From Reclinomonas americana ATCC 50394 (lineage: Eukaryota), in contig PS015012.1 of assembly GCA_048213135.1 (NCBI GenBank), forward strand, positions 34,681 to 84,813: a stretch of DNA of 50,133 bases. The letters are read 5' to 3'. The position numbers were made by a program, and so were the translations under genes. Shown in pieces: positions 24,856-37,200 of this stretch. Below the pieces are notes generated by a model. That model searched no databases and was not told the DNA's origin. It saw only the letters and a list, made by a program, of their open reading frames with translations. How positions within the stretch are numbered: position 1 is the first letter of the stretch; the number at the start of each line of letters is the position of its first letter.

Positions 24856-26624
24856 ATGGGTGAGTGCCCGTGAAGGCGTCACTCTCTCCTTCCTCGCTGT
24901 TGCTCACCTCCGCTCTGTGGCAGACGCGATGCGATTGTTGGACCTGCTGATGCGCGGTCGCGCAATGCCCGACGCAGAAGAAGGAGAGGATGACGAGGAT
25001 GAGGAAGAGGAGGAAGAGGAGGAGGAAGACCCGTACAGCTGCTGTGCAGCAGACGCCATTCACATTCGTTTCAGTTTCGAGCGCGCTTGCCTCTCTTTCT
25101 CTCTGTGTGTGTGAGAGTGACAACTCAATGCGTTATCAGTCCGCAGCGCTGCGGATCTGGAGGATGAGTGCGAGGACGAGGGCGTGTTCCATCCCGAGTT
25201 CACGCACCAGGTGTTTGGCGAGTCGGAGCGCATTGTGGGATACCAGGGCTTGCGCGTCAATCTGTACTACTTGTCGCACACGTTGCTGGCGTACGTGAAT
25301 GTGCAGTACGAGTCGAAGCGCGAGGGTGGCGAGAGCAGCACCAACGATGTCATTGCCACGTTGACAGAGGTACAGTGTGAGCGCGTCGTGCTTTGTCGTT
25401 GTTGTCATGTGTGTGACACTCTGTCGTGGTCTAGCGACCGATTGGATTCACGGTCGGCCGCGATGAGGCGCCGATCTTCACGCCGTTCACGCTGAGTCGC
25501 GATGAGCTGGCGGCACACGTGGAGGATGCGTTCACTCCGCCGGGGGAGAAGGTGGCGGAGTGGCGCGATCGCGAGGATCGGACGCTGGAGATGTGGGTGG
25601 CGCAGGGCACCGATCAGAGAATGCGCTCGTACACGGATGCGCTGCAGACGTTTGGCTTGTGGTTCATCGATGGCGCCTCGTTCATCGACACTGAGGATCC
25701 GAGCTGGATGGCCTTTTATGCGTTGCGTGCGCCAGTGAGTGTGAGTGTGAGAGTAGAGGAGAGTAATTGGCTCACCGACGCGGCGCGCAGGTTTGAGAGA
25801 GAATCACGAGGCGATGAGCAGCGGTACCATATTGTCGGCTACGCGACGGTGTACAAGTTCTACGGATATCCCGACAAACGGCGGTATCGCATCTCTCAGT
25901 TCCTTGTGTTTCCGCCGTACCAGCGACGTGGTTATGGAGGTGTGATGCGCCTGCTGCTTGATCAGTGCGCGAGCGTGGATACTGACACTGTGTGTGGTCA
26001 CAGAGCGACTGCTGCGAGAGATCTACGCTGCCGCCCGTGCCGACACCGACTGCATCGATGTCAGTGTGGAGGACCCGGGTGTTGACTTTGAGCACATGCG
26101 CACCGTCACCGAGCTGCGCATGTGTGTCGAGGAGGACATTTTCGCCAGTTGCGTCTTGACGCAATTTTCAAAGGGAGAGAGAAAGGTCACTCACTTCGTG
26201 GTGCACACAGAGGCGGTCGGCGCACTGGGCATTCCGGCAAGTCACGGCTCTGTGCCCTTCCCGCCCTACTCCAAGGCTCTCGGCGAGTACCTCACACAAC
26301 AACTCAAACTCAACAAACGACACGGCCGCATCTGTCACGAAGTACTCGCACTGCGCAGCATCAACCAAGACGACCCCGAGCAGGTGAGACGCACAGAAGG
26401 GGTGCATGTGCGTGCGAGCGTGCGTTGCCAACCCTCCCTTTCTGTGTGCGCAGCTCGCCACCTACAGACTAGACATCAAGCGCCGCCTGTACTCACAGTT
26501 CCGCACGAAGCCCGACGAGAACGGAGAGATGATCCGCACACCCGCCGACGAGTGCAAGGCCGAACTCGACAAAGCCTTCAAGTACATTCACGAGGAGTAC
26601 CAGCAGTACGTCAGCAAGCTGTGA
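24856..26624 (+). CDS. HAT1: Histone acetyltransferase type B catalytic subunit
   Basis: FHPEFTHQVFGESERIVGYQGL, WFIDGASFIDTEDPSW, GYATVYKFYGYPD, RISQFLVFPPYQRRGYG (acetyl-CoA motif A), VEDP and YRLDIKRRL. The first coding exon is 4 nt (ATGG/GTGAGT at 24856-24859). TGA at 26622-26624. Confidence 0.95.
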
Positions 26625-26661
26625 CGGCAAGCAAACACAGAAAACAACCGCCAGTAAACAG

Positions 26662-26881
26662 TTACTCGTCGCTGTACCGCGCCGTCAACACCAGCGGCTT
26701 CTCCAGCATCTTCATGCCACCGTTGCTGCGAGTCGGCAACTCGGAGATCTTGTCGGCCACCTCCAGTCCGTCAATCACCTCGCCCCACACTGTGAGAGCA
26801 CGCACCGTGAGGGGAGAGGAGGGAAGACGAAGGAGGAGGGGGAGATGGAGGAGGAGGAGGAGGAGGAGGAGAAGAAGAAGA

Positions 26882-26956
<75 letters not shown>

Positions 26957-26965
26957 GAGAGACGA

Positions 26966-27050
<85 letters not shown>

Positions 27051-27875
27051 TACGACGACGANNNNNNNNNNNNNNNNNNNNNNNNNNNNNNNNNNNNNNN
27101 NNNNNNNNNNNNNNNNNNNNNAGAAGAAGAAGAAGAAGAAGAAGAAGAAGAAGAAGAAGAAGAAGAAGAAGGAGGAGGAGGAGGAGGAGAAGAACATGAA
27201 GGAGAGGAAGGAGGAGAATATGGAGGAGGAGAAGAAGAACAATAACATCAAGAAGAAGAAGAAAGAGAAGGAGGAAAGCAGCATGCAAAAGAGGCCGAAC
27301 CGGTGAATCCCAGCGCCCAGCCGCTGTCGCCATACCGGTCCAGATTGGTGTTATCGCCGAGATTGACAAAGAACTCGGAACTTTGCACAAGAGTGAGCAT
27401 TGATGCATGTTGCGCGAGACAGACAACTCTTGACATAAAATTTGCAAGAAGACGCACGTGGCGGAATTCGGATCGTCCCAGCGCGCCATGGTCACCGTCC
27501 CGCGACGATTCGGCAACGAGTACTCCAGCGGCAGCTTTCCACATGGCGACTCTATGCGTGTGTGCATCAGACAGTGTCTTGAGAGACAGTGTGACACACA
27601 CACACACATTGTGCGCACCTCGCGTCTCTCCGGAAGCCGTGCGCAGGCCGCCTTGAATGACAAAGCCCGGCTCTGCACGGTAGATGCAGCACCCGTCGTA
27701 GAGGCCTGAGCGCGCATGTGAGAGACACACACAGAGAGAGAGACAACTTTCTCTCTCTTTTTCTCTGACCTGCGCTGGCAATCTGCTTGACGGCCTCACA
27801 GTGTCGCGGCGCCACATCCGTGCGCATGCGAATGGTGATGACACCAGCGTCGCCACACGTGAGCTTCAGAGTCAT
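26662..27875 (-). CDS. Single-domain cyclophilin-type peptidyl-prolyl isomerase, bacterial PpiA/PpiB-like, 4 introns
   Basis: Spliced: MTLKLTCGDAGVITIRMRTDVAPRHCEAVKQIASAGLYDGCCIYRAEPGFVIQGG...NRRGTVTMARWDDPNSATSEFFVNLGDNTNLD...GFTVWGEVIDGLEVADKISELPT...YSDE*. Confidence 0.92.
26810..27280. repeat. Compound microsatellite (GAG)n-(AAG)n-(AG)n-(GAC)n-gap-(AAG)n-(GAG)n inside the last cyclophilin intron
   Basis: The simple repeats are directly visible on both sides of a 60-N gap. Confidence 0.95.
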
Positions 27876-27930
27876 GAGCGCAATTGAAGCCGCGGCAATG
27901 GATACGCAGTGAACGAATTGTGCGACAAAA

Positions 27931-30900
27931 ATGGAAGGCGAGGGAGCAAGCGTTGTCTCTGGCTCCTCCTCTTCCTCCTCAGCAGAGGCCGCCGTGCGTG
28001 TGTTTGTGCGACTGAGGCCGTTCACCACAGAAGAACGAGTTGCGCGTTCTCTGTTCTCTTATCATCAAAGTGCCTCTCTCTCACACTTTGGTCGCATGCG
28101 CAGACACATCGTGATCCGAGTGAGTACTCATGGGAGGCCATGGAGAGTCGCCACGTGGTGCCCTCGCGATATGCGCGGGAGCATGTCAAGTGCCCAGCGT
28201 TCTCCTTTGGTCAGTCAAACGCACACAGAGACACACATTGAAGTGATGCATGCACGTTGTTGTTATACACAGACGCACACACGCACACACATATACACTG
28301 ACACCCTTTCCCTCTCTTACACTTCCTCTCTCTCTCTGTCACACACAACTCATTCTCTCTCTTTCTCTCTCTCTCTCTCTCAATCTCCACTCAGACTGCG
28401 TGTTTCCGCCCTCGGCCACCAACTGGGATGTGTATGAGGCGTGTGGGCGATCCATTGTCAAGTCGGCAGTGGAGGGCATCAATGGTGTGCAGAGAATGCG
28501 CGAGTGTGTCATGCATTCAAGGTCTCACAGACGCCTCTTTCTCTATGCAGGGACCATCTTTGCGTATGGGCAAACAGCTGCGGGCAAGACGCACACAATG
28601 ATGGGTCTGGAGAGCGACTTGGGAGTGATTCCGGTGGCCATTAATGATGTGTTTCGCCTGGCGGAAGAGGTGCTTACTCCGACGCTGTCGACTGCGTGTG
28701 CGTGTGTGGTGTGTGCTCACTGGCGTCTACAGTGTCACGATCGCGAGTTCCTCATCCGCTGTGGCTACTTGGAGATCTACAACGAGACGGTGATTGACCT
28801 GCTCAATCCCGACGCCACCGTCAACATTCTCGACGGGCGTGAGAAAGTTACGCGTCGATCCCCTTTTCCCCCCACAATTCGTTTTCCTCCTGATGACGGG
28901 GGCGTGCAGGGGTCGGTGATTGTGCAGGGCATGACGGAGGTGCCGGTGTCGTGCACCAACGATGTTCTCCGCGTGTTGAAAAAGGGCTCCGGTTCGTCGT
29001 GTGCATGCTGATAAGCTCGCCTTCTTTGCTTATGTCTCCGCTGCTGCTGTAGATCGACGACACGTGTCGACAACGTTGATGAATGAGCACAGCAGTCGTT
29101 CGCATGCCATCTTTCGCATCATCATTGAGAGTCGGGAGCTGCCGCGTGCCAGCGAACCGTCGGCGCAGTCGGGAAAACGAGTTCTTCCCAAGCCATCCAG
29201 CGGTACTTTTTTCTGATTCTCTGCATGTCGTCGTTCCCGCCAACGGACACTGACCGCACTCGCGTGCAGCCTTTTATGCGGGTCAGGCCGTGCGTGTGTC
29301 GCAACTGGTGAGTTTCATGTTTCGGTAATCTTCTTTTTTGGCGCCAGCTGAGTCTGCGCACACCAACAGTATCTGGTCGACTTGGCCGGCAGCGAGCGCA
29401 CCGGCCAAGTGGCCGAGGAGCAAATGGTGCGCTACGAGGGAACCAACATCAACAAGAGTCTCCTCACCCTCGGCCGTGTCATCAAACAAGTCGCCAAGAA
29501 GACAACGTTGCGAATGCGCGCTCGTTTGAGCGCACACGAGCAAGGCACTGACCCGCGTGCGCAGTGCCAGGGGCGGCTCTCATGTACCATACCGAGAAAG
29601 CAAGTTGACGCGACTGATGCAACCGGCACTCGGAGGCAATTCACGATTATCGATTGTGTGCTGCTTGCATCCGCTAGTGGAGCACGCGGAGAACTCGATC
29701 AGGTAGGAGAGTGGAGTGTTGATAATTCCGCGCCCAGCTGGCTCACTGGTGTCTCGCGCAGCACCCTTCGCTTTGCCAACAACGCCAAGAATCTCCAAAA
29801 CAGCGTCCGGGTCAACGAAGTCATGGACGACACGGCACTGCTGCGCAAGTACAAGCGCGAGATTGAGGATTTGCGTCGCAAGCTCGGTGCGATTATGGAC
29901 GGGCAGTCGGCAGCGGTGTGCACAATTTCTCTCTTGTTCCACATTGGCCGTTATCTCACCATGTGCATACACAGGATCCTGGGGCAATGGTGGAGCACTC
30001 GCAGTCACTGCCGGCGTTGGATGAATTCGAACGCGAACGCAAAGTACGTGTGTGTTGACCAGTGTCGGCCCCAACGTGCTTGTCTCATTTGTCGATTCCA
30101 TGCAGCACGAGGAAGATCGGCAGGCCATGCAAGAAAAGCTGGCACTTGAAGCCGGTCGACGAGAACAACTCGAGAAGAAACTGGTGCGCGCGCACGTGTG
30201 TTTTTTGTGCGCGCTCCAAAACTCACTCTTTGCTTCCTCGGCGCAGGAACGCTTGACACGCCTCTTCCTCAACTCGGCCGTACAAGAGTCCGAGGATACC
30301 ACCTCGACACTACCACGTCACATATCGGCGTCGGTGCTTCTGGCCTCCGACGGTCCTCTCTCTGTGCATCACTTGCGACGAGCCAACGGTGGCGGCTCAC
30401 CGCTGCATCGGCGGCGATCGACCACTGTCGGCGATGTGAGTGCCGTGCCGGTCACCGTGCGTTGTATTGTGGTGGGACGACTCACGTGCTCGTCGTGTCA
30501 TGCCACGCAGACATCGATGATGGATCACTTTTTGCGGCTGGATCCGGGCTCTGGCAGCGACTCGTCGGGCGACGAGTCGAATTCGGGCGAGCCAACCGAC
30601 TCGTCGCGTGCCTCCGGCAGCCCAGCACAGTGGCTCGACCACATGGCCGAGTTGCGCAGTGGTGTGTCGGCGTCGTCGTCGCACTCACAACGGCGCGGCA
30701 GTCGGCGCGACTCCAAACGCGTCGATCACCTCCTGCAGCACATTCAGTTGCTGAAGCTGCGCGTGGCTGATCTGGAGAACGAAAACGAGAGTCTGGCCAT
30801 GCGACTCGCCGACCGCGAGCGCACCTCGTCTCTCATCTCGCTCCACTTGCCGGTGGTGGTGGCCGGCGTGGGTGAGCGCACCGATCCGTACGTGACGGTG

Positions 30901-31416
30901 CCGACCAAGGAGGCCGTGTCACCACAAAAGCAGGCGCGGCGAGTGACGTTTGAGGATGCCGCCGCTTCGGCTACCGCCGGAGGTACGACGAACTACAACA
31001 ACAGCAGTCGTGATTGACGTGCGCTGTCCGTTTGCTGAATTAGGTGTGATCGTGCAGGGCGTTTGGTGGGCACCGAGGCCGAGGTCGAGCAACTGGCGCG
31101 CGCCCTCTCCGAGCTGCAGGCGAGCCTGGAGGAGACCACAATCAAGTCGCTCAACACGGCCTCCACCGCCACCAGCGACATTTTCGACCTGATCATTCAG
31201 AGCAACGAGCGCATCGACGCCTGCGCGGAGCGCGTCGAGGAACTCATGCAAGAATACGGGCACCTGCACATTGGCGCCGTCGCGCTGCGCATCATGCGCG
31301 AACAGTGCAATTTGCGCTACATCAACAACGAGTGCGCCGTCGCTATCATCCACCCAGTACTGGAGAAGCTGCAAGCCGAATTGGCGCAAGGTGGCGGAGG
31401 TGGGGGAAAAGTGTAG
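27931..31416 (+). CDS. N-terminal motor kinesin, most like kinesin-7 (CENP-E family), with a short coiled-coil tail
   Basis: [36 protein letters not shown] (P-loop), [24 protein letters not shown] (switch I), LVDLAGSER (switch II), [30 protein letters not shown] and neck [25 protein letters not shown] at 31414-31416. Confidence 0.92.
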
Positions 31417-31484
31417 CGGCGACGTTGCTGTCCTGTGCGCATGTCCCGGCCGTTAACGCACTGTGATTGAGAGAGAGCGAGGAG

Positions 31485-32684
31485 ATGGCGACAGGCGTAC
31501 CTCAAAAGGCGGCGAGTGGATCAAAGCGCGCAGAAGTCAATGTCGTGCAAGACCAGATCTTCCGCGACAGTGTGAAGAAGGAGGTACAGGAAACTGCTGA
31601 CTGAAAATATCTCACACTCACTCTCACTCACTCACTCACTCACACACAGTTGGCCTCCACCAAAGCATGGGAGAGCGACTGGGGATTCCTGCGCAAGGGT
31701 GACAAGGTGGAAGTCACACTGGAGTTCTCGCAGAATCCAAGTACACAGGCACGTGCAGTCATTCTTCCGTACGCACGTGTGTGTGAGTGAGTGTGTGCTC
31801 ACTTTCTCCCTCTGTGCTGCAGCAGTCCGTGTACTCAGAGACAGAGAAACGCGGAGTCCGTGTGCTCAAGAAGCTGCAAGACATTGCGGAACCTCCACAA
31901 CGAGTCGGACAGGTCGGTTGATCTCTTCCTCCCTCTCTCTCCCTCCTCTCTCTCCCTCTCTTCTCTCTCTCTCTCCCTCTCCCTCCTCTCTCTCCCTCTC
32001 TTTCTCTCTCTCTCTCTCTCCCTCTCCCCTCTCCCTCCCTCTCTGAGAGCTCACCTTCCCTCATTCTCGCGTGCAGGAGCGATTCGGGTTCTCACAGACA
32101 AGCGAGGAAGCACGGAGCAATATGGCGCACAAGTCGAAGCTGCACCGTGAACCACAACCAGTGCCACACTTGGTCAGTTTGTATCCTTTTCCCTTTGCTG
32201 CACTTGGTCAGTCTCACTCATGCACATGCACATGCACGCATGACAGAACCCGAGCCGCAACTACCGCCAAGTCGATTTCTTGGAGACACAACTAGCGGCC
32301 ACACGAGGACCGGAGGGTACCGATACCATGCGCACGACGGTGCAAGTCAAATCACGAGCACTTGGTGAGTGTCTTCGTGCTCTTTCTCCGTTCTTCGTCG
32401 TGACGGCCCATGCTCATGTCTTGCAGACGAGGTACCGACACCTTCCGAGGTCATGGACGCGTTTGCATTCTCCCGCAAGACGCCGGTGGAAAAGTACTCG
32501 GCACCACTCACGTCGTTGCGTAGCGCCACCGGTGACAGTGTGGAATGATCGTGTCGCTCACGATTGCCGCAGATCGCAAGAGGTCGGATTCCGCACGGCG
32601 CAGACCAAGACGCTCGAGTCGTTTGGTGTGGCCAAGTACGGACGAAAGAGTTTTGCAGAGCTCAAGTACGGTGGCGCCAAGTAA
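31485..32684 (+). CDS. C20orf85/CIMIP1 (LLC1)-like putative ciliary microtubule inner protein, 7 exons; missed as a unit by the ORF track
   Basis: N-terminal NVVQDQIFRDSVKKE/LASTKAWESDWGFL resembles the C20orf85 signature (QDxIW...KxE...W...WGFL). C-terminal PVEKYSAPLTSSQEVGF resembles the PxTxxxxxGW motif of ciliary MIPs. TAA at 32682-32684. Confidence 0.6.
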
Positions 32685-32780
32685 GCGTGGCCAGGATCCA
32701 CGCGCGCGCGCAGCAATGCTCATGTGTACAGGAGGGAATGCAAGATCAAATTCAACTGAAACACACACACCCGCTCTCTT

Positions 32781-34199
32781 CTATTCACTGCCTGTTCTCA
32801 GCAGCAAATCATTGACAGCCGCCACGTACTTGTCACTGTGCTCCCGCAGCAGGTGGTATCGTGGACAGTCGTCAAAGGAGACGCACTCGACCTTGTTGCC
32901 ATTCTGTTCGCACCACTCGGGAAGGAGCTGCTTCTCCACGTACGCCGGTGACATGATTGGATCCTTGGTGGAGTGGAGCAGGAGAAGCGGGAATGGTTTC
33001 TGCAGAGTGCGGGAAACGTACACATGACTCTTGGTTCAGCAGAAGCGCCAGTAGGGAGTGTGTGATACCACACCTTTGCCATGAGCGCCTTGGCCAGCTC
33101 GACACCCGGATTCTGTGCAAACAGACGGAAGGCCAGCTTGGCAGCCGGTCGAGCCCACAAGAACGTCCTACGATGATGGAGGGTGAGCACCGGCGGCACA
33201 CGTGCAACGAAACGAGTTCAACTTCTGCTCACCAGAACCAGTGAAAGTATCGCTCACGACCTGTGCGATGAGCATCAGCCATGCTGTGAGAGACCCACCA
33301 CATACACGCCGTGCGTACCGAGAAACTGCGACAGCATGGAGCGCTCGAGATTCTCCACAGACAACTCGGACGGTCCACTGTCAAACACCGCACCACGAAT
33401 CATCAGCATTCCATCGTCGCCGTACGCTCCCTGCACGCGCGCTCCACTGCTCAGGCCTCAACACAGCGCGGCAATCATCATCGCACTCACGCACACCTTT
33501 TCGGATTCCAACAGGCGGAGCACGGCCGAGGCCAACGCTGCACCGTTCTCACCAAATGCATGAATCGCACCACACGCCTGTCGCGTGGGAATGTGCTGCG
33601 TTTCCCCTCCAGCGAATGAGAAGCCAGCCATTCCTTCTTCTCATGGGAGCTAGACACTCACCAGCGCCTCTGATCGCGCATCAGCATAGGCCAGAAGCAA
33701 CGAGGCCAGCGCAATGGCGTGATACTTGAGCATGTGCTCATCCAACCAGTTCGGAACGCACACAGCACACTCGCGTCCTCGCGACGTGTGCAGCTCCACC
33801 ACCGACTGCAGCTGTTGCAGTGTCGCTCCCTGCCAGCCCATCACCAGCACCAGGAACTTTTCACGCACTGTGTCCACAACAGTGAGTGTGAGAGAGAGAG
33901 AGAGTGATTGCTGCACACACACCAACATCAGTGTGCGATGTGACACTGCTGCGAACAAGCCACACTCCATGCGCAGCCTCTTGTGTCTCTGTGAATGATG
34001 GCATGCATGAATCAGCTCTCTCTCAAAGGCACATTCCTTGCTCGTTTTGCGCATGCACACCTGCTCCGAGGGCTTGTCTTGCATCGGAGAGCATCACTGC
34101 TGACGCCAGCGATGCACGGGACCGGAAGCGGAAGGCCACATACACCAAAAGTCCAAAGTAAAGCACACCTAGTGCCAGACTCCACACGAGCAGCACCAT
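32781..34199 (-). CDS. TMEM53/DUF829-like alpha/beta-hydrolase-fold protein with an N-terminal TM anchor
   Basis: LVLVMGWQGA, IHAFGENG, IRGAVFDSGP, PLLLLHSTKDPIM and VSFDDCPRYHLLREHSDKYVAAV occur in the DUF829 motif order. The N-terminus MVLLVWSLALGVLYFGLLVYVAF is hydrophobic. Confidence 0.75.
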
Positions 34200-34258
34200 C
34201 CAACCAATCTGCTGGGACAACTCTCAGCTTCGTTCTACGTACTTCACTTGTCTTTCAT

Positions 34259-37200
34259 TCACCGCTTGGCTTGTCGCTTACGGGCTGTTGCTGGCGCAGG
34301 CGCGCTCGAACTACTTCCACCGCCACTGCTGCTTCCATTGACGCCAACGTCGATCGACAGCAGTGATGGCGGCGCCTCGACGGCCAGAACTGGCACTCCG
34401 TAGCACACGGCTGCCGCTCCGTTCAGCATGCGCAGTCGGCAGGCTTTGCGTGAGAGAGCCACGGCTTCGGCCAGCGTCACCGACGACAACGTCTCGTCGC
34501 AGTCGGGGGCGCCGGGCGCAAGCCAAGTTTGCAGCAAGCGCATACTGAGGGCGTCAATGTCGCGGTCGGTCACATCCCACAGGTTGCCGACTGCGGCAGC
34601 CGCGCCGCCCAGCAGATACGACAGTGCGGCTCCGGTTGGTTCCACGTCGCCCTTTGTCGGCTGCCGAGAGAAAAAACAAAGAGAGAGAGACAGCAGGTGA
34701 GAGATGCAGTAGAAAGTCACGTCACTCCAGCAACCACACCTTCAAGCGTCCACTGGAGCATCCGATCAGCAACGCTGTAGGAGCGCACTGCCATTCGCTC
34801 TCAGGTGCAGCGGAGTCACTGCCTGGCTTCTTGCCTTGTTTCCCACGGCTTGCCTTCTTCTTGGTGGTGGACTTGGCGGCGGCACCGAGATCACTGTCGA
34901 CTGCACGCGGACGCAGCATTCGTGCCACGCGATCACGCGGCAGGTACCGTTCGCCGGCTCCGTGCCCAAAGTACACCAACAGATCGCGGCCCGGCAGCTG
35001 GGTTTCCACCGTGCTGTCCGCCGGTGGTGAACCCGCCACGCCTTGCCACTCCGCCGCCCTGCCAAGAAAAAATAAGTGAGGCTGGTTTCGCGAATATCCA
35101 GGAAACGACGACGACACACACACACACACACACACACACGCACCCCTCAAACAACTCGCGGAACTGCTCCTCGGTTGATTCCAGATCGCCGTGCGGATTG
35201 AGAATGTAGAACGCCTTGCGGGCATCCACCGTGACACACCCGTGTTTTCCCAGTGCACCACAGCGCGGCTGCCGCCACCGCAGGAACCACGACACGTACA
35301 TCAGTGACGGAATGCGCGTGACAGGGCATGCGTCCAGGAACGGCATCGATTCTAGCGGAAGTGGCTGCAGTCGACGATCGACCACAATCATCATGTCGTG
35401 CCTGTGCGCACACGTGTGTTGGTGATGATGTTTGTTGAGCTGTGTGTGATATGTACACGGCCCTCACCTTCGCTGCCTCCTGAGGCATTCCATGGCGGCT
35501 TCGTACGACAACTGGTGCTTGCACACAGCCGCTGCCAAGCCACACACGGCCTCCGCAATTGCTGATTGCAGCTGGTCGAGCATTGCATCGTCGTTGGCGG
35601 CGGCTGGGACGCAGTCGACGAGGAATTGTCGTTGCTCCGTGTCCGAGAGTCGAGGAACTGCGTGGAAAAACAGACGCCAGAGGCCACGCTCTGCACCTCC
35701 ACTGCTCGATTGCGCAATGTCGTACAACCGACTGGCAGCCGCATCAGCCGCCGATGACAAGCGCGGATCCATCCACGAACCGAGGAGGAACATCTGCGTC
35801 GTGACCGCGTCAGTGACACTGCGTGGTAAGCAGCTGGCTCTCGCGACTCGAAATCCTCACCTTTCGCCAGCCAAACAACTCATCTTGCAGACGAACTAGT
35901 AGGCGATCCATGCGCTGATCGAGCACTTCACGAGCACTCCACCACGCCTTCTTCTGCATGCTGGTGGTGTCGAGCAGCAGCCGCCGACTCTCACCGACGA
36001 TGCATTCGTGCTCGGCAAATGCCTCGGCCGTCAGTTCCCGCACGCCGCTCACTCGCTGCACCAGCGGCACTGTTGTTGCCGCGGCGGTGTGGGCCAGCAG
36101 CAGAGAGTTTCGACCTGCATGACACAAAAGAGAACGCTCACAAGTGAGCACAATCACGGGGGGGAAACACTCGAGCAAACACAGCAGTCGCGTACCAGCC
36201 GAGAAGGCGAGTGTGCACACCGACCACGAAGCCGGCATGGCGGCAGTGAATTCACTCAACCACCGCCCGCCCTGTTCCACACCAGCGTGCGGGGACGGTG
36301 CAAATTCCAAGTTTGCGCAGCTGTCGTCGCCCGACTCGCGGAGCAGGCGAGCAAGATGAACGGCAAAGCCAGCACCGTAGGACGTGTGGATAAAGTACGC
36401 CGCAAGTGGTGACTCGTTGCGTCCAGTGAGAAGCGCGCGCTGCAGTTGAAGACGCTGCAGTAACCTCGGCGGCAGTGGCGCCACGTGCTCCAGACATCGC
36501 ATTGCCATGTCAATGTGTTGCCGTGCCGTCACCGCCGCCGCACCGACTGACGGAGCTGATGACTGCACGCGACGCGAGCGACCGGCACTCACCACTGGTG
36601 TCTTGTCGACGCTGCCAGTGGATGCTGACCACAGCGCTTCGATTGCCTTTTGCACGTCACCGTCACACATGAGGGACGATGCCAGTTCGCCATGGCACAG
36701 TGCTCGTTCCAGGGGCGGCAGCAACAGCGCCCCGGCAGAGTCTCCTTGCAGCAGTGCGTAGAGTCGACTCCGTGCCTCCTCATGATCTCCACTGCGACGG
36801 AGCGAACGGCATTGGCGCACCACTACTTGCGCTCGCAGTGCCGCCACTGACGTTGTCCGCGGCTGTTCTCCTTGCGCCAGTGCAGCACATGGCTCCCCTG
36901 CTGCAGCATCCACCAGTGACGCCGACTCCTCCGCAAGTAGATTGCGGCAGGTGGCACGCAGCTTGCCTTGAGAGTTGACGGCTGGACTGCAGAACCAGCT
37001 GTGGAGCGTCGACGAAGAGGACAAAGTGAGTGACGCTATCAGCAGTTTTGGTTGAGAGGATAGACGTACCCCAGCTGGATTTCTTCGACACTGTCGTCAC
37101 CACCACGAGCACCGCCTCCAATATGCAGAGAGGCGAGGAGTTGCAGGGCCTCCTCGTAGTGTGTCATGCAGTCGACTCGTTGCTTGTACTTGACGTCACC

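Noticed and set aside
26775-27306. Poly-R/E/D/K/S ORFs
   Set aside because: They are translations of an intronic compound microsatellite plus an N-gap.
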